The notes under the pieces were generated by a model. The model was not told the origin of the DNA, did no database searches, and saw only the letters and a list, made by a program, of their open reading frames with translations. Shown piece by piece: positions 50,801 to 63,776 of a DNA stretch of 64,000 bases (position 1 is its first letter; each line of letters begins with the position of its first letter). Position numbers and translations under genes: made by a program. Source of the DNA: Leptogorgia sarmentosa (Eukaryota); assembly GCA_964658305.1 (NCBI GenBank), contig OZ210885.1, forward strand, positions 1,426,001 through 1,490,000, given 5' to 3'.

Positions 50801-53583
50801 TCTTGCAGGGATCGTCTAGAGAATAAATTTTCAAAATTACACCGATAGCTTTGTTATCTTTCTTATCTTTTTTCTTTCCCGTAAAGACCGAGGGAAATTA
50901 TCAATTTTGATATATGATACCACATTAAAATTACACATGTTCCACTGTATCCTTTGGTCCTATGTCTATATCGATATCATAGCTTGTTTATACATGTGTT
51001 CTTATGGTGAAAAGTCCTTTCCTCGCCGAGCGCCTTTGTTTTCTACTGAAATCTGATCCAATTTGCCTCGTTAAATGCAACTTAACACTCATTGTTACAC
51101 AGGAAGCATTTAAGTAACAAATATGAATTGTTTTAGTTCTTCTATTTCTAATTTCATGTTGCAAATATGAATACTATCGTCCAAATCCAGAACACAAGTG
51201 GCAATTAAATAAAGCCAAACCAATTCAATCCTCTACCTGTCTACCACCCCTCCCAACGTGAAACCGGAATTTACCCCGAAAATCCGGGGGTTCACGTGAC
51301 CAGCACCGACCAAGGTCTTTCCTCGAGCGAGGATCAGGACCCTGGGAACGAGGTTGAAGTTTGATAAGCAATTTATTACGTAGATAAACTTCCTCACTAA
51401 GAGGCTTTTTTGTTTAACATTGATAATTGCAGCTTGCATGATTTAAACGTTCTTGCCTAACAACAGCGCGTAACAGCCCCACAACATATTATCGCATTAT
51501 CTTATAATAATTAATATTATATACCTGATTTTTTACAAATGTAGGAATGCTTCTGAGTATTTGGTTGGTCTTCCCATGTTCCATCTGCTCGATTCAAGAC
51601 TGCAAATTGATGATGTGGTATACCAAATCCGGTTTGTGGTTCGTCATCCGGCTGGCCCGTAGCAAAATTATCCCAAGTTATCGGGGTAAATTTTACGGTA
51701 CACATTCTGTTCCGCTGACAGCCAGTAAAACCCAGCCAATTCCCCGCTCCATACGTATTTTTCACAAACGTATTTTCCGCCATATCCATGATGATTGCTA
51801 AATCACCATTTTCGCCTCTACATGACGTTCTTGCGTCGTCCCAGGAAGTAGGAGTGTTGAACTTTTTATAACAGTTACTTTGATATTCGTCCCATCCTGC
51901 TGGACAAACAGCTAAAACCAGGAGACAGGAGATTAAATTAGCTTGGATTCAAATGAATAACAAAAATGGGGATGTGTAGAATGTGGATCCATTGATATTT
52001 ATGCAATTATTTTTAATTAATTTTGTACCTTTTAATTTAGTTTCTTCACCGTCTAACTCTTTTTTTTGACAAGAGAATAATTTTTTACATCTAACTGGTC
52101 AAATTTTGATTGCCTGAACGTTAAAAAGAGCTAGCGCCCCTAATCCTAACCTGACCCTAACTATTCAAAAATTTACTAATAAATTTTATACAATAATTAC
52201 ATTTCTAAAGTCAATTCCAGTCAAAAATAACCAACTGTTCAAAAACGAAATCAACTAGTCAGAAATAAATTAACTAGTTTAGAATAAACCTAATTAACCA
52301 GTAAAAAAATTAACTGGTCAAATTCAAATATATACATATAGCTTATTGAATGGTTTCACATGCAATACGGCCTGGTATTTTACGAGTTTCTTAAGTATTT
52401 TTCCAAGCCCGCGGGGTGACGAAAAATGCGAGAAACGAGTAAGATATTGACTATTATTGCCTATACACAGTTACATGAAACTTACGCACTCATGTGGAAG
52501 CGCGGGCAAATTTTGTTAATGCAACTTCCTGCAACCGCATAAGGTTGAATGAATATATAATAATAATAGTTTATTAGAACTCTCTTGCAGTTACAAAAGG
52601 AACTGAATTAACGAGTACTTTACAAATTCAATAGATAAATTACATTATAATTATAGGTACATAATATACCTTAAGAGGCTAGGCTATTTTCAAAAGCTAA
52701 AATCATTAGTCAATCGTGTTAAAAAATTTAAATGTAAAAAAGGATTGAGCTCTGATTAATATTGTCCTGCAATCGGTAACGTTATTAAATAGATACAATC
52801 TATGAGTGTACTGTCTTAGTTAATATCATAGTTAGGACTGAACCACAGGGATTGGCAATAGAGGATGGTCTTCCCATTGTCCATGTATTTCTGACATATT
52901 CGGACTCTTCTTGCGGTTAAGGTTGGTAGTTGTGCAAAATTCAGGCCCCCCCGCCTCTGCATTATGATTCACACTCCGGAAAAATTATCTTAGTGCTTGT
53001 ATAAATTCATATTTAACTTGTTCCAACAGCTTTGGTTTTATTTGGAGTTGATGACTTTAAATCATTAGGTTATCGTTATTTTGTTGATTTTATTAAAATT
53101 AAAGATAAAATGGCTGTAACTCACATGTAAATGACATGGCAAACTTATCTGGTTGAAAATATTCCAAAATGAAAAGAATAATATAAACTTCATGCATTTC
53201 ATTTGATGTAAGACCGCCACCGAAAGTTTATGAATTCAATATGGGGGAACCTCAGCCTTTCGCAGCAAAGAGTCTGGAACTAGTACCAAAACCCAGTACA
53301 GTATCTAATAGCATGCTAGCACTGGCGGCTAGTTGCCATAAAAAATATTGTCATAAATTATGTTCGATTTACAGAATGAAGCGAATTATTTATTATTTAA
53401 TAGAAATAATTATTCAGTTGTTTGCATGCAAAAATATTATATTGGGTTACTTCAAAGCCATGCAGTTAAGTTAACAGGCAATTGCCAAATGAAAAATTTA
53501 ATTAATTCCAAAGCTGATTATGTTCACTTACCATCAAGCTTACAGGGCAGAACAAGCAAGACAGCCAGTAGAACTTGCAACAT
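44823..53583 (-). CDS. Gene C: inverted paralog of gene B, same architecture, ~722 aa, 11 coding exons
   Basis: Exons 53583-53532, 51911-51525, 50815-50711, 49931-49824, 49717-49604, 48768-48655, 47851-47579, 47255-46725, 46111-45995 (AAG acceptor), 45742-45392, 44839-44823. Same lengths as B, frame intact. Confidence 0.88.
48915..49284. mobile_element. hAT-type MITE in gene C intron
   Basis: Imperfect TIR CATAGGC...GCCTATG; 8-bp TSD ATTACTAT (48907-48914, 49285-49292); G/C runs. The insertion is absent at the homologous site in gene B (~35045). Confidence 0.9.
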
Positions 53584-54662
53584 CTTTATTGATATTTTTG
53601 CAGAACTATATAATGTTCAAAAAAATTATTATTCGCGATTATTATAGGGTATTTTGCATGCCAGAGAATTCAGCTAGTTTTAATTTCAACACAAAAAATC
53701 ATGTCTAGTAGGTAAAAATAAATCATACAATATACTGTCATGTAGCATTGTAGCTAATATCGACCAATATAACGCACTTAAAAAAAGCACAGACATAAAT
53801 AAGCCCTTTCATTCACAATTTTTTCCTGAAACTATTACTTTAGAGGCGCTTGTGGCGCTACAAGTGAGAACCAAAGCACTCGACAAGAACCAGTGGAAAT
53901 TCGTTTAGGAATGCCTGTAGGAATGTTAAGTTGATGGTAGGAGAATTTTATTTTTCATCCGATTTTGTTTGGATTAGTTTATCGTGTTTGTATTGAAGTT
54001 TTTAGATTTACCGCAGCCTTACAAATTAGGCTGGTTTTCGCATGTTATACAGGACATGGTTCTAGTTGCGATTTTTTATTCAGCTTTCCAACGGTGGATA
54101 ATTTGTGAGATTGCCGCAAATGGTTGAGAAGTTGTGCTTATTTAAAGTGATCGCATTCCGAAAATTAACAATCGTATAATTGCTTCGTTGATACTGTGTG
54201 TTTTAAAATAATTTTCAACAAGGTGAAAGTCCTTTGTTTGGCCTAAAGTAAATTGGTGGCATGAAGTTTTGTGTTTGTAGTAGGTAAATTGATATGCATT
54301 TCTAATGAATGATCATTTTATTTTTTTAAAAGGTTTTCAAATGCCGACCGGCATTAACAATGTTGTATTTTGGTGCATCTCAAAATGACCGCTCGCGGTG
54401 AAGCTTTATTTGTAATTTAATTCTTGCTTAAAAATAGTTGAAAGGAGAATCGCTGGAACGAAAAATAAACATGCTTTAAAATAAGATACCAACACATTAA
54501 ATGATCAAATCTTCTTTGAACAATCGAGCTTTGAACCTGGGACAGCCTGTGACCCTTTATTATGATCTTAGTCTTTTAAAATTATATAATTATTATAGCA
54601 GCTATAGGTGCATGATCATGCAGAATCTGCCACAGTTTACAGAACCTTTGAAACGCACTTAC

Positions 54663-54775
54663 CTTTGATTCGTACAAGATTTCTTGGTCGAGGTAATATA
54701 GCTGATGCACTTTGGATCAAGACTGGGAAACTTCTGTGGTGGAAAGAATATTTAAGTCAACCGTAATTATTCATG
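54663..54775 (-). promoter_or_regulatory. Putative core promoter and non-coding first exon of gene C
   Basis: ATAATTACGGTTGACTTAAATAT, then TCAAAG|GTAAGT (exon end 54663). Confidence 0.55.
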
Positions 54776-55579
54776 TTTAATGAGAATTGGGACGTAGATA
54801 TCAAATGACACAATAGCCGCTTCACATCTTGGGAAACCTTTTCATGTAAACAGATCAAGGGCTCTCAAAATCTCTCTTGAAAACTGTCGTTACAAACATC
54901 ATCCCCCACGCACAGGAAATGCCTCAAAGAACATCTGTACATCTGTACAAAGTCAAACAACTGCATGCGTGCAGAAAGAATAAGGCCTCGTTGCACGATA
55001 CCGGATTACTATCGGAGCGGTTTCAAATTTTGCTATTTCAAAGTGGATTTAGCAAGTAAAATTGTGATAATATAACAAAGTTAAACGAAAACTGCAAATA
55101 CAGAAAGTTTTAAGAGTAGACAAGACTGGAAAACGTCCTAAATTGATTTCACCCCGATGCGAATCAGGTATCGTGTAACTGGGGTCTTCTTAAAGATCAA
55201 AAAGCAAACTGCAAACGATGCATGACGATTTCAGGAATTAATGTTCGTTAACCTTAAATGGTCAATCTTTATCCTTTATGTGCATAAATTATGCAGGTAT
55301 ACCCCAAATTATGACAATCCTAATTGGAACTTGGTAGATCTTTAATTTACCTTCACTTATGATTACGTACATACAAAATTGTCAAAATGCAATGAAAGCT
55401 TAGCGACACGACGGAATTCAACATTTCGAGACAATGAGCCTCTGATCAAATACTTATCAAACTCTCCCTTGCAGTTGATGCGGGCACAGTCCTGCCACAG
55501 TAAAGAGAATAACAGTTTATTTACTTGTCTCTGCGCCTTTGAAGTTTGTATCTTGTCTCATTACATGCATTCATAACTA

Positions 55580-55879
55580 CAGCTGGGTGTCTCAAAAAAT
55601 GGCACGCGATTGAAATGATTTGTGACGAGTTTATCATTGCAAAAATTGCTTTCTTTAAATATAAGAGGCCGTTCTAAATTCCAAGAGCGAACATCCTTGA
55701 ACCAATCTTGGGGCTTTTCAAAGAAATTTTAATCAGCCAATTTTTAATAATTATAATATGGGCCTTCACATATAAAGATTTTATGCATAATTGGCATTTG
55801 AGACCTAGTGCTATATAAGCATTCAGATTCGAACAATAGCTTATTTCAATCGTTCGCAGCCTTTTTTTAAGAGACCCTG
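55580..55879. mobile_element. Tc1/mariner-like MITE
   Basis: TA|CAGCTGGGTGTCTCAAAAAA..CGATTGAAAT ... ATTTCAATCG..TTTTTAAGAGACCCTG|TA. Confidence 0.55.
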
Positions 55880-56328
55880 TATTATCCGAGGCAGTTGCAT
55901 GTCAAGTTGCATTTTCTGGGCAATGAGAATACTGCATGAATGCACATTTTAATTAGAAATATTAATACAGACACGAAACTACTCGACACGGTGGTCGCAT
56001 TATTTGGGATTCAAGGATCCTCGATATCTCCGTCGAAGCGAATCGCTCTCATCTGTCATGCATGCACGGTATAAGTGCATAGGCAAACACCGAACTACAA
56101 AGAACAAAGTCAAGTATCTTTGTACGCACATGCGCACAGAACATGCAACGTCATCAGATTATAAACAGGTCACTCTTGCTCACTAATCACGATTTCGATG
56201 AATATCCACATCTCAATCTCATTCAAGGCAGTTGTCTATTAAGTTGCATGCATTTCGACTGGCCAACGAGAATACAAAATTGTCCATTTTCATGAAAATA
56301 TTAATAAATATATATACATATATATATA

Positions 56329-57683
56329 CATGGTGAGTAAGAAAAAACTGACACGTTCCATAAATATAGTCACAGTTTATGATTTGAAGGCAGTGCATGG
56401 ATTCCTGATTGCCTAAGATTTTGTTCTGCTAAAATGTCAAATAGATAAAATGTTGTTGAGCAAGGGCGTCAATCCGTTCCAAAAAGTGGGGGGACCATAA
56501 GCGTACGGGCTACATTTTTTCGGCGGGGGGGGGCAGAAAGATCTTTACCCGAATTTGAGGGTAGCGAATGTCACGAGGCGCCACCATGGTTGGCGCCGAG
56601 CGAGAAATTTTTGAACTTTTACAACCTCTGGATTGCCGGAAACGGCGATTTCGGAGTCCTAACTCCACTTTCTTGGTACGCTCTAGAAGGGTCTGGGGGC
56701 ATGCTTCCCCGAAACATTTTGAAATTTGAAACCTCATGCACAAATACCATTTTCAGCGTTCTGGGGACGAGTTTTACTAACATAATTCCGTCATTCAGTT
56801 TTCTTCTGATCTCAGATTGTTGATTGTACTCCACAATTCACGATGTATAGCATACAGGCATGGGGTTTTAAGATTACCAAAAAACAATTTTTTTTAAACA
56901 TGATAAAAAGTGGGGGGGATAATTAGATCATCGTCCCCCCCACTTCAAAAAGTGGGGGGGACGCCTTCCCCTTATCCCCCCCAGGATTGACGCCCTTGTT
57001 GTTGAGCATTGATACTTTGGTGAAATATATCTTTTCTGTTGGTCAGGTTGTTTCGTTTCATAGAATGACTCATTTCAATACCTCAAAATCATTTGACGCT
57101 TCATTTAATCCCGCATCATAATATTATAAACAGCCCCTTAGTTTTGGAATTGACTATACACATGTGCAGGTTGGCCCATTGTCTTGTTGATGAACTTAAG
57201 GCTGCTTTCCAGTTACCTTTTTTTTACGTAGCTACGTGCACGCAAGTGAAAATTGAAATTTATTTTAACGTTAGTTTCTATACAACTACACATAAATGTA
57301 AAGCATCTCATACTTGGAATGAGGTTATAGTATGTGTTTCTAAAGGTAGTTTATTAATAAAATGAAATACAGAGGGGTTTAGATTTTACGTGCGTACACG
57401 TACGTCGTGTATAACGCGTAACTGGAAAGCAGTACGTCTTTATACGAGTCTCGCACGACTGAATCAATAAAACCGCAGAGGCAAATTCCTACAGCTTTTG
57501 AATTCTCGCACGTTTGGGATGGGATTTTCACTGCAGTTTTTAGATTAATAAATGAAATTAACTTATTCGATATGCTTATGCTTTATACAGCCATGAGATG
57601 TCTAGTCAACTTTGGACAAATTACAGCTGCGCTATGTCGTTAATTTGAATATCAAAGGCGTCAGTTTTCTCTGACCCATCCTG
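56329..57683. mobile_element. Degenerate Tc1/mariner-like non-autonomous element hosting the nested hAT MITE
   Basis: TA|CATGGTGAGTAAGAAAAAACTGACAC ... GCGTCAGTTTTCTCTGACCCATCCTG|TA: imperfect TIRs with TA flanks. Confidence 0.6.
56461..56998. mobile_element. hAT-type MITE
   Basis: Perfect 15-bp TIR CAAGGGCGTCAATCC/GGATTGACGCCCTTG; 8-bp TSD TTGTTGAG. Confidence 0.92.
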
Positions 57684-58611
57684 TATAGACCAAAAAATAT
57701 TCATCACTGTCGTTCCGTATATTGGAAAGAATTGTTCTGCGTAAGCACATCAAGGGTCCTCAATATTTCTTTTGAAACGAATCTCATATCTCGTGCAAAC
57801 TCCAAACTACTAGAACAAAGTGAAGTATGTTTTTACGCACGTACGCACAGAACATGGCACGTCATCATGACCATAAACAGGTCACGATTTCGATGAATAT
57901 TCGTTATGCCTAAAATTTCAATTTGATTTTGTACCTTCCTTCGTTATTAAGTGTATTTCATTGTACTGATTGTAGGAAAGGATACAGTATTGAAAGCAAA
58001 GTATGTGCCCTTGTAAAAATTCTGTAGTTCAATGCCTGTAGTTTTAAAGATGAGTTTTTGTCGCACACTCTACTTCGTTGAAATAAAATTTCAGCTTAGG
58101 CGGATCACAATACTCTCCTGGAACAACTTCTACATCTCTGCATAGACAGAGCATCCCAAATGACATTTAGAGAGATTAAATGAATCTACGTTTCACCTGT
58201 ATTGAAGCCGTTACCAGAACAGCTTAGTGTAATATCACAGGTGTCAGTTAGATAAATACTGTATGTATTGTACATCACGATCATGCATTATTTTAGTCAG
58301 CATCAAGATAATATGTGCAGATAATTGTATTGATTCAGTAAAACTTTCAAAGTTTTATTTGGAGTTGTATTTTTTGAAATACTCAGTATACTAGTGCGAA
58401 CAGGAGACTGAAAAAGTCAGTAAAGTCATCCTGCATCATAGATTATTATGTAGTGCCCCAAAATGCCAGGGCCTTTCAGAGGTTACTCCGTCTCAGTTTA
58501 TATGCTAGATCAAACGTATAATCATATGATAAGGTAACGAAAATTCATCGAAATAATTACTATGTTCTGTTTCAAGAGGAGTGGCTTATTTTTGTTCCTG
58601 GCTGAGCTTTC

Positions 58612-58905
58612 TTGACATTGAACACTATCTGTCCACAGATGGTTGACTTTGTACACTACTTGTCTACAGATGGTTGACTTTGAACACTATCTGTCCACAG
58701 ATGGTTGACTTTGTACACTACTTGTCTACAGATGGTTGACTTTGAACACTATCTGTCCACAGATGGTTGACTTTGTACACTACTTGTCTACAGATGGTTG
58801 ACTTTGTACACTACTTGTCTACAGATGGTTGACTTTGTACACTACTTGTCTACAGATGGTTGACTTTGAACACTACCTGTCCACAGATGGTTGACTTTGA
58901 ACACT
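58612..58905. repeat. 31-bp minisatellite, 9 full units plus a partial, two variants in order A-B-A-B-A-B-B-B-A'
   Basis: A=TTGACTTTGAACACTATCTGTCCACAGATGG, B=TTGACTTTGTACACTACTTGTCTACAGATGG. Confidence 0.95.
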
Positions 58906-59082
58906 GCACACTTGTTCTTTGGAGTAGTTTCAAGTATGCTTTATGATGCATTTCCGATGCACGAGATATTGGGAACCTTTGATCTAAATTTGCATAGAAA
59001 ATTTTCCCATTAAGTGCAACATCGTATCACTGGTTAGACATTTGACACAAACAAGAGTTTGTGTCTATATTCATGAAAAATG

Positions 59083-59189
59083 CATTATTATGGTTCACAT
59101 ATTAGGTGTTGTTTCGGAGAGAGGAGGATCCAGACCTGTTCGAAGCCATAGGAACGCGAAGCCATAGGGACGAGCTACTCATACTAAAG
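59083..59189 (+). promoter_or_regulatory. Putative core promoter and non-coding first exon of gene D
   Basis: CATTATTATGGTTCACATATT, then CTAAAG|GTGAGT (exon end 59189); acceptor TTCAG| at 59587. Confidence 0.55.
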
Positions 59190-59609
59190 GTGAGTGATTA
59201 AAATGTAATAACGGGTACTTTGCAATTTCATTAATTTCACGTCTTTCAAAGAAAATACTGTAACTGAGTTGATTATATGGTACGCTCAGCCGATTATTTT
59301 TAAAATGTGTAGAAAATTTAAAACGACTAAGAAACTTGGCGGCAAGGGAGTTGGTTAAAATGGCTCTATTCATTTAATTAAATCTAAATGTGCATAAATT
59401 TTGGCACAATTTTAAATTTTTAATCAAGACAACAATAAAAAATTCACTCGGATGGATGTTTAAATGGCGCTCACTCACACTGATTAGAGTATACAGGATT
59501 AGGTATAGGTATATAACTCTTACATTGAATTGGCACAATCGTTGCTATTTTTTATTTTTAATGTTATCTCTTGCTTTACTTCTTCAGCTTCTTCAACACA
59601 TCACGGAGA

Positions 59610-62600
59610 ATGAAGAACGAAAACCAATACAGTATCTTGATCATAGTCTTGCTGGCGATGATTACACGACTTGAAGGTATACGCAAATCAGTTGTATTAA
59701 CAATTATTTAAGAACAATAAAAATTAAATTGATAATTGAACATAATCATTTATTTAGCTACTAATAATTACTGTTGAGATTTTACTTGAAGCTGCTGCAT
59801 GCATTATATAGCTAGCATGGAAGCCACGCGTATATAGAATCACAACATTTTTGTATCTGTATATGCAATCAGTCGACAAGGATTAGCCTGCAGATGATGA
59901 AGATAATCAAACTTGCCATTGCCAAGTCAAGCATGACCCCAAACAAGCATGGAAAACTGTGAATAAAATCCTAAACCGTAAATAAGAAAGTAGAGAAAAA
60001 AATTGTCTTGAAACGCGGAGAGGACAGATTTCACATCCAGCAGAGTTAGCAGAGTGCTTTAACAATTATTTCCCTAATATTGGCCCAGATATTGCTAAAA
60101 ATATCGATACTGGTGACTTAAATTTCAAGGATTACATCGCGACAATATCTGATAGTTTTAATTTCCAAACAGTGTCTGAATTAAATCTATACGGACTCAC
60201 CCTGAATCGACAAAATCCATGCTAAAGTTATTCGCATTGCTGCTCCTGACTCCTGTAATTACAAATTAATTGACAAAAATTTTCAACATGGCCAACCTTT
60301 CCCTCTTAGTGGAAAATCGCAGGAGTCACTGTCATATTTAAAACCGGCCCACGAAACCAATTAAACAACTATCGCCCTATTTCTATATCCTCCCTGCTGT
60401 AAGTAAACTTTTTGAAAAATTAAAAGTATTATTAATAATTATGAACAATTCCAGAGTATCTCGATACACAGGAATTGTTGCCTCCCTGTCAATTTGGTTT
60501 TCGGAAGTTTCATTCTACAGCCTCTGCTCTTTTAGCTAGCACAAATGATTGGTTCATCAATATGGACTGTGGTCTATTTAAATATAGCTCTCTGGAGTCT
60601 GGACCGTTCGACACCATAAATCATGATATCGTGCTAGGGAAACTTGGTCTTTATGGCTTACTGAAGCCATCATTAAATCTTTTAGAATCCTGTTTAGAAC
60701 AGAACCCAAATGTGCTCCGTTAATGGCGCTCTCTCGGGCACGAATTTGGTTACATGTTGAATCCGCCAAGACTCAATTCTTGGCCCACTCTTATTCTAAA
60801 TCTACGTAAATGATCTGCCTTACAGTTTAGAGTACTCGTCAACAAGAATGTTTGCCGACGACACGGCTCTATCTGTATCTGGCAAATGATGTAGAGGTGA
60901 CCATGAATCATAACCTCGCCAACGTTGAACAATGGCTTTCTGCAAAACTGAGTAGCTATTACTCAGAAAGCTAAAACCTTGTGTAGATCACAATACATTA
61001 AGATGAGCTTATAATTATTGCACTTATAGTTCCACGCCTAGATTATTGTTGTGATTCTTGGGATACCATTGGCGCTAAAGCTAGGGCAGCTAGAGTTATC
61101 ACAGGCCGTAAAAACCAACACAGTCAAGCCGAACTTGCTCTGGATGAATTGAAATGGATTTTAAATGAGCGCGCAGAACACATTTCGTAGCAAGTCTTAT
61201 GTATAAAATAACTGAAGAACTAGCAGGGATTATTCTAAGGTGCAGTGATAACCAATTTGTGCAGTGATAAATGAGAATTGTGCAGTGATAAAATACATTT
61301 TGTGCAGTGAATAAAATATGTTATTCATCATTTATTAGAATTTGGGAATAACTTTAAGCATATACAACAGCAATAGTTTCATAACTTTACATATTTTAGC
61401 AAAAAGCTTAATAGGAAAATAGGAAACAGTTTGATGTTCTGAATTGGGCAGTCAGACCTTTTCCAATACAACTTTATATTCACATATTTTTATATTTTTT
61501 TGTGCTTTTGTGCAGTGATAAAATTTCCTTAGAATAATCCCTGAGAACTAGCGCCAAAACGACTAATCGATCTATTTCAAAGAACGCCCCTTCCTCTTAT
61601 TGCTATAATACGAGGCTCTTCCACCAAACTCTTTTTACCCAAACCTAAGACTGAATATTCTAAAGGCCCGTTCACACGAGCGATTTTTTGTTGCGATTTT
61701 CTCCCTCTGATGGATGTGAACGAGTGGATCAAGAATGTGCTGAGTGCGTGCTCTCTCACCTGAACATTTGTAACTGATCTACTCGTTCACATCCGCCAAA
61801 AGGAGAAAATCGCACTAGAAATCGCAGCGGAATCGCTCGTGTGAACGGGCTATACATATACAGAGGAGCAAAATTGTGGAATAGCCTTCCAGATGAAGCA
61901 AGAAACAAACAATCTCTTGCTTTATTTAATTCATATAATATACGTCACCTGGCCAATCAGAATTACACAGTTTACTAGAATATACTAACATTAATCTATA
62001 TGTAAATGATTATATATTAGCCGTCATATGTAAATGTTCGTAATGTTGGTCAACAGTAATGTAATGCATGGCCATGATTTGTATTATTATTCACTTTATA
62101 GTATTCTCAATTTTTATTGGTCAATTTACCTGCAAATAACTGCGTGCAAATAATAGTCTGAGCATGCGCATTTGTTAAAAAGGTTGCTCACCTGCAAATA
62201 ATAGTCTGAGCATGCGCATTGCGTCACTTTTTTGTAAACAATGGCGGCTCGTTTTCCTGAACTATCAGAAGACGAGCTGTCCTGTTTACTAGAGGGAAAA
62301 GATTCCGAAAATACAAAAAAAGCCATCAAAACGGCCGTCAGTGTCTTCCGGCAATATTTAAAAGAAAGAAAAATTTAAAAGAAGAAGGTTTTTTCCGTAA
62401 ACCAGTATTATTTTTTTATGAAATAAAATTTGTATGTAAAGCTCGTTGTATAGGTCTACCTTGTAGCTAAGTATGCTTTGTAAATGAATAATAAAACAAT
62501 TATTGGACGAGATCTCGCAAAATATCGCGATTTGTCGGTGGCTCGCAGATCAATTATTTGCCTCTGCCTTCGGCATCGGCAAATAATTGATCTGCTCGCC

Positions 62601-63776
62601 ACCGACAAATCGCGATATTTTGCTCGACCTCGTCCAATAATTGATAATTATTTGTAGTTATTTATATAACTAGCTATTTAAGTCTATGCCCGCCTTGAAA
62701 ATCGATTTAAAAGGGTAAGCGTAGTCAAATAAAGTTTTACCTACAATTGCATGATTTAATATTATTATATTGTATTTAATTTTGCATAAACACATGCCTA
62801 ATGTTTTTAATCGTTTATATTATTTACAATACAGGTTCATGTCCTGAAGGCTGGCAACACTTCCCAAACGCGTGCTATTACAAATCAAACGAAAAACGAT
62901 CTTACAGTGAGGCACTCAAATTTTGCCGCCAATTTAATGGGGCGCTGGTGAATATCAACTCAGAGGAAGAAAATAATTTTGTTTACGATACTTTCGTAAG
63001 CAAACCGACATACAGCAGAACGTTCATTGGCGTAGTAAGAGAAAAACGTGGAAGCACTAAGTTTGTGACCAATGACGGTAAACCACAGACATATTTCAAG
63101 TGGGGCGAAGGAGAGCCAAACAATGCTGGCGGATATGAAAATTGCGTTGAAATGAAACGAAAAGGAATGTGGAATGATTTGCCTTGTGGAATGAAGCTGC
63201 CGTTTATATGCAAATCCAGTAAGTATCAGACTACAAATATTCAGTAGGGTTTAGTCAGTAGGTTTAGTACATGCAACAAGCAAAATTACATCATTTACTA
63301 AAATACTGCTGAAACATAACCAGCCTATTGTCTGTTAATTATTTAAGCTGCATATGGATAAAAAAATCAATTTGCTTTCAGGATGATCTTCAATTACAAT
63401 TTTCATCCAATTTCATGTTTAGAAATTATTAACCAATACAATTCGTGTGCTATTATATACTACAAAATATAGCACAAATATCACATGTTTTAATACATAA
63501 AAATATAACAAGGAAAAATGTGAAAATGCAAGTACAAATCGATTGGCACATTATAATGGTAGATTATGTAATATGCACACACGAAATGTATAATTATGCT
63601 CATCTCTTTTATGATATGACAATCTTTCGTTTCCTGTTTTGTAGAGGTTGGTTGTGAACCCAATACATGTAAAAACGGTGGGAAATGCGTCGTTTTACCT
63701 GAAGAAGACATCGGTGCCTATAAATGTGAATGCCAAGAACCATTTTATGGGACGCAATGCGAACATAAATTTACAG
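59610..63776 (+). CDS. Gene D (5' part only): signal - CTLD(EPN/WND) - EGF..., continues beyond the window
   Basis: Exons 59610-59676 ([22 protein letters not shown], paralog of A's signal exon), 62835-63218 (CTLD, GEPNNAGGYENCVEM..WNDLPC), 63645-63776 (EGF, CEPNTCKNGGKC..CECQEPFYGTQC). All phase 1. Confidence 0.82.
59880..61930 (+). mobile_element. Decayed CR1/L2-clade LINE ORF2 (reverse transcriptase) in gene D intron, with nested insertions
   Basis: Broken-frame motifs in colinear order: PKQAWKTVNKIL, ECFNNYF, NNYRPIS, QFGFRKFHST, FDTINH, SILGPLLF, MFADDT, YRGAKLWNSLP. Confidence 0.85.
61665..61850. mobile_element. Palindromic MITE inserted in the LINE relic (partial related end at ~5799-5830)
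   Basis: GCCCGTTCACACGAGCGATT ... AATCGCTCGTGTGAACGGGC. Confidence 0.8.
62120..62645 (+). mobile_element. Non-autonomous Crypton-like element remnant with terminal long palindrome
   Basis: 62241-62378 encodes MAARFPELSEDELSCLLEGKDSENTKKAIKTAVSVFRQYLKERKI*, resembling the N-terminus of Crypton tyrosine-recombinase ORFs (from memory). ~62497-62643 is a near-perfect hairpin. Confidence 0.55.

Larger units (their letters stand above)
44187..63520. repeat. Right arm of large inverted duplication (gene C + intergenic + gene D head)
   Basis: See left arm. Inner homology ends at ...TTTCACAGAA.TATTATTATA (39929 / 44187). Confidence 0.8.

Noticed and set aside
6788..53583. Assigning gene symbols such as VWF, ZAN, FCGBP, MUC or NOTCH
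   Set aside because: Only single domains are shared; the overall architecture matches none of them.
58612..58905. CRISPR-like array
   Set aside because: Units are contiguous with only two recurring variants, no unique spacers and no cas genes; eukaryotic context. It is a minisatellite.
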